Source of the DNA: a virus
Taxonomy: Duplodnaviria; Caudoviricetes
IMG/VR virus record: IMGVR_UViG_3300032224_001707
Coordinates: 1 to 51,372 of that record
Strand: one strand, 5' to 3'
Length of the DNA stretch: 51,372 nucleotides
Shown in pieces: positions 30,667 to 40,878 of the stretch (position 1 is the first letter of the stretch; every line of letters starts with the position of its first letter). The position numbers and the translations under genes are program-made. The notes under the pieces were generated by a model that worked only from the letters and a program-made list of their open reading frames with translations, had not been told where the DNA came from and ran no database searches.

Positions 30667-30877
30667 GTTGTTGATTCACGAACAGATATTTAGTCTGGCA
30701 TATCATTCACAAGGTGCGTTTACACAGGATATTGTATATAAATTACCTGTGTATTTACGTATTTTTTATTTGAAGAAATTGATAGATACCAAGGAAAAGG
30801 AAAAAGAAGCTATGGAAAAGGGATCAAAGTCTTCAGATAGATCTGGATCTAGTCCAAAGAATCCTAGAGGAAAATGA
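30641..30877 (+). CDS. gp51-like small ORF, probably translated as a frameshift extension of the gp26-like protein
   Basis: No ATG near its start; frame opens at 30632 just before T7 (30640-46) and reads FFGLTPEDKLLIHEQIFSLAYHSQGAF...LPVYLRIFYLKKL. Confidence 0.65.
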   Translation, partial: FFGLTPEDKLLIHEQIFSLAYHSQGAFTQDIVYKLPVYLRIFYLKKLIDTKEKEKEAMEKGSKSSDRSGSSPKNPRGK

Positions 30878-30918
30878 TTAAAAGTATTGTTTATTATATA
30901 TTTATAAACATATAATTT

Positions 30919-33546
30919 ATGGCAACGCCTTTAGAAACATTAACTGAAAGTCAATTAAAGTTGGAAAGAGAACAACTGGAAAACGCACAGACACTTTCAG
31001 ATACTGAAAAAGAGAGATTAAAATTTATTACAGATAGACTTTCTGCACTTGACGAAGAAAGATCTAAAACAAAGGATTTAGCAAACAGTTTATCTAAAAT
31101 ATTAAAATTAGAAACATCTCAAAGTGAAATACTTAAATCCACTGTAATTTCATTCGGAGAAATGGGTGAACGTGCTTCAAATTTATATAAAACTGTACTA
31201 AATTTAAAAAATCCTTCTACAATATTTTTAGAATTATTAAAATTATCTGTAGATAGATTTATAGAATTAGATAAAGCCGGACAATCTTTTAGAGAAACTA
31301 CGGGGTTTTTAGCGGATCAAACGTCAAATGTAGAAATTACACTAAGAAGAACCAGTAGAGATTTAGCAACATTTGGAATAAACATTGAAAATGCAAACGC
31401 TGCTGCTCAAAAGATAGCAGAAACATTTTCTAGTGTATCTCTGGTTACTGATGAAACAGTTGGTCACGTTGCATTGATGGAAAAAAACTTAGGCGTTTCG
31501 GTTGATGATAGTACTGCAATAATGCAAAATTTCATGGGTATTGGACAACTTAGTTCAACTATTGCCAATCAAACTGCGGGAGCTGCTGCAAGTTTATCAA
31601 AAGCTGCTGGTGTTCCTTTTAGTAAAGTAATGAAAGATGTTGCAACTGCTGGTGGTGAAGCTTATAAATTAATAAGAGGAAGTGTTGATGCTTTAGTTAA
31701 AGGTGCCATTGAAGCTAGAAGACTCGGTGTAGAATTAAAAGATGTAGCTGCAGCTGCTGATAAATTTTTAGACTTTCAAACTAGCATAAATAGTGAAATG
31801 GAAGCCAGTGTACTTTTTGGAAAAGATATAAATTTTACTAGAGCAAGAGAATTGTCTTATGCTGGTGATTTGGCTGGATTAGCAAAAGAACAGTCTAGAA
31901 TCTTAAAAGAAATTGGCGATTTAAGAAAACTTGATGCATTTCAAACAAAAGCATTAGCAGAATCAATGGGACTAAGCGTAGACCAATTGATAAAAATGAA
32001 TGCTAAACAACAAGAATTGAATGAATTAAGAAGAAAAAATCCTGATTTAGCTGCACAATATGAAAGAGATTTGGATGTATTAAATGCAACTAATGAAACA
32101 TTAGAAGAAAAATACAAGAGAGAAATTCAATCAAGACAAATCGCAAGTCAACAACAAAAAATAATGAATGATATTCAACAAATTATGGTTGAATTAAGCG
32201 AAATATTATTGCCTATTGTTAAATTGTTTGTTGGTATACTGGTTCCAGTTATTAAAATTGGTGCAGCTTTAGTAAAATTTATTCTTACACCGATTAGATC
32301 AATAAATGATACATTAGAAGAATGGTATAAAAATTCTGAAAAATTTAGAGATTCTATTAATGGTATTGCTTCTTGGTTTCAATCAATTATGAATTGGATG
32401 AATACAGATAAGGGACAATTTTGGGGCAATTGGATTGGTGGTGCGACATTAGTTTTTGCTGCCTGGAAACTTAATTTCTTTGGTAAAATATTTGAATACA
32501 TCAAGTTATTTAAATCTGCACTATCGGGTGTAACAAGTCCAACAAGTCCAACAAGTCCAACCTCTACAGGTTTAGGTTTACCAGGAATGGGTGGATATGG
32601 AAGTACAATATCAAGTCCACAAACACCAGGTACTAGTACTGTTTTGCCTAGTTCAACTACATCAATTCCGACTGCAGTAAATAAAACTGCGGGACAAAAC
32701 ATAAAAGATTTTTTGAAGAATTTATCTGATGGTATAAAATCGTTTAATCCGGCGGGACAAATATTTAAGGGTTTGGCAGGTATTGCAACATCTGGTCCTG
32801 CATTTTTATTATTCATACCAGCTATTCCTGGTTTATTATTAATGGCTGGAGTTGGTGCTTTGGCTCCGCTAATTACTATAGGATTTACTGCATTATCCAC
32901 CGGAATCAAAATGATGGATATTAGTATAATAGGTAAAGGTTTATTAGGAATAACCGCTTTAGGGTTATCAATCATACCATTTGCAATTGCAATGAATGTC
33001 TTTTCTGGTGTTAATTGGACTGGCGTTATTGCTGGAGCCGCAGCATTGGTTATATTTGCCGCTGCTGCTTTTGGATTGGGTGCATTATTAACTGGGCCTG
33101 GTGCTTTTATATTTGGCGCAGGTGTACTTGGTATTGCGGCTTTGGGTGTTGCGATGTTACCACTTGGATTTGCCGCTAAATTGGCTGGCGACGGAATGAA
33201 AAATTTTGGAATGGGTGTAAAAGATATTGCTTCAAATATATCAGAATTAGCATCTCTTAAAGAAATATTATCTGTATTTAAAGATGATGAAATTATTTCT
33301 GGTATATACGCAATGGGAGATGCAATAGGATATTTAAACAATCAATTGTCAGGATTGGGTGTTAATTTACCAGCTTTAACTGAAATTAATAAATCAAAAA
33401 ATGAACAAAATGCAAATGGAGAAGTTGTTGCAAAATTGGATGAATTGATATCATTGATGAAGAATGGTGGTATTGCTGTTAATATTGACGGTAGCAAAGC
33501 AAGTACTTTACTAGGAGTTGCTACAAAATTTAGAGGTGCATATTAA
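30919..33546 (+). CDS. Tape measure protein
   Basis: 875 aa, helical Ala/Leu-rich N-half, hydrophobic Gly/Ala-rich C-half, C-terminal VVAKLDELI...VNIDG; position after the chaperone pair. Confidence 0.8.
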   Translation: MATPLETLTESQLKLEREQLENAQTLSDTEKERLKFITDRLSALDEERSKTKDLANSLSKILKLETSQSEILKSTVISFGEMGERASNLYKTVLNLKNPSTIFLELLKLSVDRFIELDKAGQSFRETTGFLADQTSNVEITLRRTSRDLATFGINIENANAAAQKIAETFSSVSLVTDETVGHVALMEKNLGVSVDDSTAIMQNFMGIGQLSSTIANQTAGAAASLSKAAGVPFSKVMKDVATAGGEAYKLIRGSVDALVKGAIEARRLGVELKDVAAAADKFLDFQTSINSEMEASVLFGKDINFTRARELSYAGDLAGLAKEQSRILKEIGDLRKLDAFQTKALAESMGLSVDQLIKMNAKQQELNELRRKNPDLAAQYERDLDVLNATNETLEEKYKREIQSRQIASQQQKIMNDIQQIMVELSEILLPIVKLFVGILVPVIKIGAALVKFILTPIRSINDTLEEWYKNSEKFRDSINGIASWFQSIMNWMNTDKGQFWGNWIGGATLVFAAWKLNFFGKIFEYIKLFKSALSGVTSPTSPTSPTSTGLGLPGMGGYGSTISSPQTPGTSTVLPSSTTSIPTAVNKTAGQNIKDFLKNLSDGIKSFNPAGQIFKGLAGIATSGPAFLLFIPAIPGLLLMAGVGALAPLITIGFTALSTGIKMMDISIIGKGLLGITALGLSIIPFAIAMNVFSGVNWTGVIAGAAALVIFAAAAFGLGALLTGPGAFIFGAGVLGIAALGVAMLPLGFAAKLAGDGMKNFGMGVKDIASNISELASLKEILSVFKDDEIISGIYAMGDAIGYLNNQLSGLGVNLPALTEINKSKNEQNANGEVVAKLDELISLMKNGGIAVNIDGSKASTLLGVATKFRGAY
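32532..32561 (+). repeat. (aacaagtcc)x3 in-frame microrepeat (Thr-Ser-Pro)
   Basis: Read directly from the sequence. Confidence 0.9.
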
Positions 33547-33555
33547 ACTATTTGA

Positions 33556-33563
33556 TATTTATA
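33556..33563 (+). promoter_or_regulatory. TATTTATA putative late-promoter motif (representative copy)
   Basis: Also at 6516, 17520, 23688, 26619/26625, 30899 and 40864; TATTTATT variants at 28911 and 43787; all intergenic and upstream of starts. Confidence 0.6.
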
Positions 33564-33567
33564 AAAT

Positions 33568-35877
33568 ATGGCAAATCTTAATAATTTAGAATCACCTGCT
33601 CCGTTATCCACTACCAATACACAAATTATTGGTGCGGGATATACATTGCCATCTGGATTTAATGATTTAAGACAGCCAGGTGAATTGAGTGTATTATATG
33701 CTCAAAACAGTGACGCAATTTATAACAAGTATAAATTAGAAACAAATAATAGTGGTCTATTAAGATTTGGACCTCGTCAACCATTTATTACAGTTAATCC
33801 TAATAATGCAAGAAAAGGTGTTAATGGATTAAAAAGATTTGAAAGTAGAGCTTTACCTATAGGTTCCGCATTACAAGATGTAGCTAGAATATCAAAATTT
33901 AGTGTAAGTGGTAACGGTGTAATTTTCTTGGGTAAACAATTGGTATTACAGGGATTAAATACATTTAACGAAACCAAGATTTATAATCCTTTAATGCCAA
34001 TTTTGGCAACAACTAGTATTGCATCATTTGGTTTGATTACTCCCCCTACTAGACATATTGAACCAAATTTGGGTGGGGTTCTTGGTGCTTTAGGACTTGG
34101 TGCAGTATCAAATGCTTTGGGTTTAAATAAACCAACTCCTCCCAAAGGAACAGTTGGTGCTGGTGCATTACCAAATATTGCTGGTGATGGTGGTAAAGGT
34201 TTAATTCGTGGTTCTACAGCAACAAATGCAAATAAGAATTTTCAAAGTAAATGGGGCAGTGGTAAAAGTGCAGGGTTTTTATCTGGTGTAGGAAACTTTT
34301 TTAAATCAAGTACATTATTTGGTGCATTTATACCTGTAGGTCAACCATTAAAAGAAACATATAATGTTAGCGAAGGTTCTTATGGAACAATGTTAGGTTC
34401 CAGAGGAAAATTTGAATATTATGGTTCAAATGGAGCGATTTATAAATGGGGCACTGAATTTTATCAAAGATGGGATGCGGGTGCTAATTCTGGAAATGCA
34501 AAAGAATTGATTAAGAAAAACGGAGAAACGTCTGCTCCTGACAGTGATAAGAAAATTTTTATTTTTAATAAAAAAGTACCATTTACATCAACTTATTTTG
34601 GTGTACCTATTGGGTATGATCCAAAAGATGTAAATAGATATCGTAAATATGGTGATAATGTTGGTATTATACCATTAAGAAAAGATGGAAATCAATCTGT
34701 ATATACAAATTCTGATATATTATCAATTTATAAAGTTTATTTAGATACAGATATTGAATCCGGTACATCAACAAAACAATCTACTAAATTTACCGACAAG
34801 AATTCTGATGTTGTAAAATCTATAGAAGATAATTTAAAACAAGTAATTGATAATATTATAAGTGCAGGATATAAATTTAAAGGAGAAACTAATTACGATT
34901 TGATTAATCCACAATTTTCGGATGCTACATTAAAAGGATATGACTATATTAATAAATTAACAAAAAATCCGGATTCACAAAAACAAAAAGTGAATCCATT
35001 TAATTATAATAATGGTGGATATTTAACAAAATTTAGAGGAGAAAAAAGAAAACAGTTATTAGATGACATTGATGGAAAAGGATTTTCTGGTGCAAAATAT
35101 AGTGATAAAATCAATGAGTTAACTGTTTTATCCGGAAATAATTTTGAAAAAGAATATTCTAAAGAAGATGATGATTTAATAAAATTTTATTTTTATGACA
35201 TTGTAAACGATAAATACATACCATTTAGAGCTACCGTTACTGGATTGAATGAAAATTTTAATGCAGATTGGACTCCGATTGAATATATTGGAAGAGCTGA
35301 TAAATTACAATCTTACAAAGGATTTTCAAGAGCATTAAGTTTTAAATTTAATGTTGTTGCTAATAGCATAAAAGAACTATTGCCAATGTGGCAAAGAATT
35401 AATTATTTAGTAGGTTTAACTAAACCTGCTAATTATACACAAGGTGAACAAACAAACAGTAATATATATTCTAGATTTATTATACCTCCATTGGTTAAAT
35501 TTACGATTGGTGATATATACAAAAATCAACCGGGAGTAATTAAAAGTGTTGGTATAAATATACCAGATAATTGTGTATGGGAAACATTGAGTGAAGATTA
35601 TGCAGAAAAAAATGATTGGAATTATTTAAATGGTGTAATTCAATGGACTGATAGCAAAGGAAAATATGCACAGTTTCCGAGAGAATGTGAATTAAATTTA
35701 AGTATGGATTTATTAGAAAAAGAAAGACCAATCGTTGGTGGAAATAATTTTGGAGATTCTGTCAGACAACTTAATGCACAGGGTGAATATATAAATCTAA
35801 ATAATAATAATGATTTATTTTCTAGAAAAATACTTGTAGTAGATGAACAGTCTGCAAACAGTCAAGTACCTGCTTAA
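33568..35877 (+). CDS. Baseplate / tube-initiator-like structural protein
   Basis: C-terminal IPFRATVTGLNENFNADW...YIGRAD...GFSRALSFKF...PPLVKFTIGD...PGVI resembles tube-initiator folds; follows the tape measure gene. Confidence 0.6.
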   Translation: MANLNNLESPAPLSTTNTQIIGAGYTLPSGFNDLRQPGELSVLYAQNSDAIYNKYKLETNNSGLLRFGPRQPFITVNPNNARKGVNGLKRFESRALPIGSALQDVARISKFSVSGNGVIFLGKQLVLQGLNTFNETKIYNPLMPILATTSIASFGLITPPTRHIEPNLGGVLGALGLGAVSNALGLNKPTPPKGTVGAGALPNIAGDGGKGLIRGSTATNANKNFQSKWGSGKSAGFLSGVGNFFKSSTLFGAFIPVGQPLKETYNVSEGSYGTMLGSRGKFEYYGSNGAIYKWGTEFYQRWDAGANSGNAKELIKKNGETSAPDSDKKIFIFNKKVPFTSTYFGVPIGYDPKDVNRYRKYGDNVGIIPLRKDGNQSVYTNSDILSIYKVYLDTDIESGTSTKQSTKFTDKNSDVVKSIEDNLKQVIDNIISAGYKFKGETNYDLINPQFSDATLKGYDYINKLTKNPDSQKQKVNPFNYNNGGYLTKFRGEKRKQLLDDIDGKGFSGAKYSDKINELTVLSGNNFEKEYSKEDDDLIKFYFYDIVNDKYIPFRATVTGLNENFNADWTPIEYIGRADKLQSYKGFSRALSFKFNVVANSIKELLPMWQRINYLVGLTKPANYTQGEQTNSNIYSRFIIPPLVKFTIGDIYKNQPGVIKSVGINIPDNCVWETLSEDYAEKNDWNYLNGVIQWTDSKGKYAQFPRECELNLSMDLLEKERPIVGGNNFGDSVRQLNAQGEYINLNNNNDLFSRKILVVDEQSANSQVPA

Positions 35878-35881
35878 TTTT

Positions 35882-36178
35882 ATGAATAGATATACATTTG
35901 CACAACAAGATAAGAGATGGGATGGAAAGAGGGTATATAAGTCATTATTATATCCAGTGATACCTGTTGCTTATAATGATATATATGTTATAACAAATGA
36001 AGTATCTACTTTTGATGCTTTGGCTAATAAGTATTATAAAGATTCTACATTATGGTGGATATTGGCCCAAGCAAATAATTTGGGTAATGGTAGATTGAGC
36101 GTACCCGCAGGTGTTCAATTAAGAATCCCACAAAATATTTATAATATTATAGGAGATTTTAAGTTACTAAATTCATAA
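35882..36178 (+). CDS. LysM-like baseplate wedge protein (gp53/P2 gpX-like)
   Basis: FDALANKYYKDSTLWWILAQAN...VPAGVQLRIP; start moved to ATG 35882 to avoid overlap. Confidence 0.75.
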   Translation: MNRYTFAQQDKRWDGKRVYKSLLYPVIPVAYNDIYVITNEVSTFDALANKYYKDSTLWWILAQANNLGNGRLSVPAGVQLRIPQNIYNIIGDFKLLNS

Positions 36179-36181
36179 GTT

Positions 36182-39064
36182 ATGGCAAAAACACCAGATA
36201 ATAGACCGTGGGCACCACATCCAATACCATCTTGGGTAATTAAAGAATTTACAAGAAGACAAAAAGATATTGGATTTGAATATCCTGTAAGTGTTACGTG
36301 GGATGATAATGGTACTTGGCAAAACTATAAAGGGCCAATGACTGCTTGGGTACGAGTATTTTCAAATGGAACAGGTAGAATAAATGATAAAAGTACATAT
36401 CCTGAAAAAAGTGGATTTGTTTTACAAGGTGGTTATGGATTTGATAAAAGTTACGGTATACCAGATAATAAAAATATATTAGGTTATGATTCTGAAGGTG
36501 AACCACATACATTGAATTTATCGTCGGATGGTAATTTAGTATCATTTCCAAATTCAATTTCAAATGATAAGAGAACGGTTCAAAAATTTTTACCTGTTCC
36601 TGGTATTACATCTATTGATGCTATAATTCAAAAAGAAAGAATTAGAAAAATTACCGTTAATTGGAAATGTTATGGTTATGCTCAATTAGAATATATGACT
36701 CCATATTTTCTATCTCCAAAGATTAGTGCATTTGTGGAATTTGGGTGGAATCATTTCAATCAGGCATCATTATTAGATTTACGTAAAAGCAATTTAAAAA
36801 ACTTAAAAGAATTATTTACCGTTAGTGGTTCTGTTTTATATGATAAAAACATTAAAGAATCATATGGATTATATGATGGTACTATGGGAATTGTTAGTGG
36901 ATTTGATTTTTCAACCCAAGATGGTATTACATTTGAATGTAAAACAGAGATATTATCAAAACACGCAAATTATTCTGGTGTATTAGTTAATAGTGCAGCT
37001 AAAGTATCATCTGATAAACAAAAGACATCAGTACAATCTACTTTTGCAGAATACTTAGAAAAAAGATTAACTAAATTGCCAAATTGTATATCTAAAAAAT
37101 TAAATTTTATGTCTCCTTTAGATGTGCAAGAAGAAGACGCAGAAAAAAACGGAACATTTTTATCATCAACGTTTCCATTTTATAAATATAACGATGGAAA
37201 TTATACTAGAAAATCAAATGCAGGAAAAGATGTTAAAAGACCTGAAGATAGATTTTTTATGGGTAGAAAATCAGAAAACCCAGGAGATTCAGACTTGATG
37301 GTAGGTATACAAAAATATGATTGGGATAAGTCTGACCAAAAAGATATATGGGTTACTATGGGATTTTTAGTAGAACTCGCAAATATCTTTTTCAATAAAC
37401 AAATAAATTTGGATTTAAAAAATGCAAATGATTATAATTTATATGAAATTGATATAGAAGATGTAAAAATAGGCGCACATCCAAATTTATTATCGTGTGA
37501 TGGAAGTGTATTGTTAATACCAAATAAAAAGGCACCTAAATATAATCTAGGATGTTTATTTCCAAAAGGAAATCCTCTAGATAATGATTATCAACTACAA
37601 AAGTTACCAGATGGATCTAATTTAAATTTATGTTTTTCTGAAAAAATAAATACAGACGATAAAAGATTTAAATTTCCTTATAATAAAACAGTGTTTAAAA
37701 TATTTAGAACGGGTTATAAATCATTTAATGAATCATATGGTATATTTGATAATTTAAAAGATTTATCTATAGAAAACAGTTTAATTTTATCTGCGTTAGA
37801 TGTAAAATCAAAACAAACAGAATTGTTTCAAAGACCCATTTCCATTTCTGTTTTTAGAGACGATTTGGATATTATCATCAATAGATTTAGATATAAAAAT
37901 GAAGATAAAGGAACTAGATCATTTCCTCAATGGGTTGATGATAAAGAAACAGGTAAAACTGCAGGTTATTGGGGTTACCTAAAAGACTTATATATTAATA
38001 AAAATTTAATAATAGAATGTGCTAAGTCATCAGAAACAGTCGAAAAATTTTATAATTCGTTATTGGATAAAATAAACAATGCTGCTGGTAAATTATGGGA
38101 ATTGGCAGTTATTGAAGATACAGATGATTCTGGAAAGTTAAGAATTATAGATAAAAAATATATTGATTATAATACATTAAAAGTATATCAATTTGATGTT
38201 GGTGCGGTTAATACATTTATTAAAAATATAAGTTTTAATGCACAACTTTCTAATGTAGCAGCTAATCAAGTAATATCATCCGCATCTACTAATAAAATTA
38301 TAGATGGATCTCCAAACGGAGAGGTAAATTCAAATCAGATTTTACTTTTTCCATATGGTGACAGATTTAATTTGGGTGTTCCGGAAAATCCTAAAAAAGT
38401 GGATGATAATTTAGAAACACTAAGTCAATTGCAAAATTCGCCTGAAAATGCTGGTGGAAATAAAGGTGGTTCGTATATAATGTCATTTAAATCATATGGA
38501 CCAACAAGAGCAGACTCAGCTATTGCAGCAGGATCTAGAGTTACTACTCCTCTCAATCTAAATAATCCTGCGCCTCCTTCAAGAGCTGCAGCATCTTCTC
38601 CTAGAACTACCACACCATTAAATCCAAACAATCCCACACCACCATCAAGAGCTGACGCATCTGAATCTAGAACCACTTTTTCAGGTCAATCTTCAGGAAA
38701 AGAAACTGGTTGGAATATAGTAAATCTTGTATTACCTAATGAATCATTATTAATTGCGTTAATGAATGATATGGATTTTAAAAATAATTCCAACATATAT
38801 GGAGGACAACAACCAGGATTTACAATAGAAATGACGTTGCAAGGCATATCCGGATTAAGAACATTTCAATTATTCAGTTTAAAAAATTTACCAAGTCCTT
38901 ATTCTGAAAGAGAAATAATATGTCAAATTGTAGATATATCTCATAAACTTGAAAATGGTAATTGGACAACCGTAATTAAAGCAGGCATTCGTTCAATTAG
39001 AGGTCAAAAAATTAAATTTACTACTGACGGTATAAACGAATATACAATTAATGCTATAGAGTAA
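36182..39064 (+). CDS. Large baseplate hub-like structural protein
   Basis: PVPGITSI, VEFGW, GIVSGFDF, IEMTLQGISGL...IVDISHKL...WTTVIKA; position after the LysM-like gene. Confidence 0.55.
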   Translation: MAKTPDNRPWAPHPIPSWVIKEFTRRQKDIGFEYPVSVTWDDNGTWQNYKGPMTAWVRVFSNGTGRINDKSTYPEKSGFVLQGGYGFDKSYGIPDNKNILGYDSEGEPHTLNLSSDGNLVSFPNSISNDKRTVQKFLPVPGITSIDAIIQKERIRKITVNWKCYGYAQLEYMTPYFLSPKISAFVEFGWNHFNQASLLDLRKSNLKNLKELFTVSGSVLYDKNIKESYGLYDGTMGIVSGFDFSTQDGITFECKTEILSKHANYSGVLVNSAAKVSSDKQKTSVQSTFAEYLEKRLTKLPNCISKKLNFMSPLDVQEEDAEKNGTFLSSTFPFYKYNDGNYTRKSNAGKDVKRPEDRFFMGRKSENPGDSDLMVGIQKYDWDKSDQKDIWVTMGFLVELANIFFNKQINLDLKNANDYNLYEIDIEDVKIGAHPNLLSCDGSVLLIPNKKAPKYNLGCLFPKGNPLDNDYQLQKLPDGSNLNLCFSEKINTDDKRFKFPYNKTVFKIFRTGYKSFNESYGIFDNLKDLSIENSLILSALDVKSKQTELFQRPISISVFRDDLDIIINRFRYKNEDKGTRSFPQWVDDKETGKTAGYWGYLKDLYINKNLIIECAKSSETVEKFYNSLLDKINNAAGKLWELAVIEDTDDSGKLRIIDKKYIDYNTLKVYQFDVGAVNTFIKNISFNAQLSNVAANQVISSASTNKIIDGSPNGEVNSNQILLFPYGDRFNLGVPENPKKVDDNLETLSQLQNSPENAGGNKGGSYIMSFKSYGPTRADSAIAAGSRVTTPLNLNNPAPPSRAAASSPRTTTPLNPNNPTPPSRADASESRTTFSGQSSGKETGWNIVNLVLPNESLLIALMNDMDFKNNSNIYGGQQPGFTIEMTLQGISGLRTFQLFSLKNLPSPYSEREIICQIVDISHKLENGNWTTVIKAGIRSIRGQKIKFTTDGINEYTINAIE

Positions 39065-39065
39065 T

Positions 39066-39446
39066 ATGATTACACCACTACAATATCAAAATTTAGGAGG
39101 AGAAATTTTATCTGATATAACATTTCCAAGTTATTCTAAACCAATTGTAACCAAAGACAGTTATTCAAAAGGATATATCTATCGTTATCTTGTTCAAAAA
39201 ATTAATGATTTAACAATCACAGAAGTAAATAAAGATAAATATAATGATATTAATAGTCAATATTATAACAAAGTTGTTATAAAATGGATAATATCCGGTC
39301 CAAAAAACAATGTTTATAAAAATAAAATTCTTGAAACTAAAGGTGTTCAAGAACAAAATATTCAAATATTGGTTGAAAATGAAAAGTTGATGAAAGGATT
39401 AAAGACTTATTTAAATAATCCTCTTGAATTTTGGGGTGGTAAATAA
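39066..39446 (+). CDS. Hypothetical protein (probable structural)
   Basis: 126-aa ORF closing the baseplate operon. Confidence 0.6.
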   Translation: MITPLQYQNLGGEILSDITFPSYSKPIVTKDSYSKGYIYRYLVQKINDLTITEVNKDKYNDINSQYYNKVVIKWIISGPKNNVYKNKILETKGVQEQNIQILVENEKLMKGLKTYLNNPLEFWGGK

Positions 39447-39475
39447 TTGACTTATAGTTGTTATAGTGTTACATT
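39447..39475 (+). promoter_or_regulatory. Sigma70-type promoter TTGACT-N17-TACATT
   Basis: ttgact 39447-52, tacatt 39470-75; ATG at 39482. Confidence 0.6.
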
Positions 39476-39481
39476 GTGTCA

Positions 39482-40834
39482 ATGGTATGTCTGGATAAAC
39501 AATCCTATTCTAAATTCTTAGAATTGCATATTTCATCTGATTTTATTCTTGAATGTATTCAATCAGATGAAAAAGTACACCCCTGTGTAGATGAATTGTG
39601 TATGGTTTTGATTCATATACTTAAATCTAAAACTACCTATGTTATTAATCTTACACATCCAGATTGTAATGTCTTTATCAATAAAGAAACGTTAATCAAC
39701 GACTTTAATAAACTTAAAGGTAAGAAATGGGTATTTGATAAGAAAAAGTGTTTACATCTATTTCCAATCAATAATCTGTATGATATCAACATTATTTTCT
39801 TTATTAGTGACGGTAAAGTTGATGATTATAGTGAATTTGATACAACTGCACATAATGTAATAAAAAATAAATTTCAAAAATATGGTGAATTGAACAAAGC
39901 AATTCCAATGGTAAAACATTTGGAAAAGTTTGAAAATATGTATGATGCGGTGTTGATTAGACTTAAATCTATCAAAATCGATGAGAGTTTTCATAGTATC
40001 AATAGTACTATTACAGACAATCTTAGAATTCTTGAACACAATGGGTTGAAGGTGGATGTAGAATTGTTTAATAGGCATTTTGAAAACAAAACTAGCAAAG
40101 ATAGGGATGGTGTAGTTTATACTCAATATAATCTATATACCGCAACAGGACGGCCTAGTAATAGGTTTGGTAATGTCAATTATAGTGCTTTGAACAAAGA
40201 AAACGGTTGTAGATTATCATTTATTAGCAGATATGGTGAAGATGGTATGTTGTTTATGATTGATTATAGTGCCTACCACCCCCATATAGTTGCAAAGTTG
40301 ATTAATTACAATTTACCTCCAAGTGCTTATGAATATCTTGGTAAGTTGTATTATGGAAAAGATTCATTAACGGATGAAGAAATCAAAGCGTCAAAGAATC
40401 TTACATTTCAATGTATGTATGGTAATATCCCATCAGAATTATTAGAAATACCATATTTTAAGAAAATGAGTGATTATATTGCTCATAGATGGAAATTCTT
40501 TAGTGAAAATGGATATGTAGAAACGCCGATTTATAAAAGAAGAATCACTATAAACCATATAAATGAACCAAATCCAAACAAATTGTTTAATTATATCTTG
40601 CAAGCCAGTGAAACTGAATTTGGAATGCAATCATTGGTAAGAGTCAATGAATACTTGAATAATAAACAAACCAAGGCTATTTTGTATACTTACGACAGTG
40701 TTTTGTTTGATTGTCATAAAAATGATAAAAAAGAAACTTTGGTGGAATTGAAACGGTTGATGTCAAACAATCAATTTCCTGTAAAGTGTTATGTTGGTAA
40801 GAATTATGACAGTATGACGGTGGTAGATATTTAA
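39482..40834 (+). CDS. Short, divergent family A DNA polymerase-like protein
   Basis: TATGRPSN, motif A IDYSAYHP, motif B KNLTFQCMYG, NYILQASE, motif C YDS. Confidence 0.75.
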   Translation: MVCLDKQSYSKFLELHISSDFILECIQSDEKVHPCVDELCMVLIHILKSKTTYVINLTHPDCNVFINKETLINDFNKLKGKKWVFDKKKCLHLFPINNLYDINIIFFISDGKVDDYSEFDTTAHNVIKNKFQKYGELNKAIPMVKHLEKFENMYDAVLIRLKSIKIDESFHSINSTITDNLRILEHNGLKVDVELFNRHFENKTSKDRDGVVYTQYNLYTATGRPSNRFGNVNYSALNKENGCRLSFISRYGEDGMLFMIDYSAYHPHIVAKLINYNLPPSAYEYLGKLYYGKDSLTDEEIKASKNLTFQCMYGNIPSELLEIPYFKKMSDYIAHRWKFFSENGYVETPIYKRRITINHINEPNPNKLFNYILQASETEFGMQSLVRVNEYLNNKQTKAILYTYDSVLFDCHKNDKKETLVELKRLMSNNQFPVKCYVGKNYDSMTVVDI

Positions 40835-40878
40835 AAACAATTTGATTTTCGTGTATATATCAATATTTATATATACGA

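Noticed and set aside
32379-33341. 320-aa minus-strand ORF
   Set aside because: Antisense shadow of the Gly/Ala-rich tape measure gene; no recognisable motifs.
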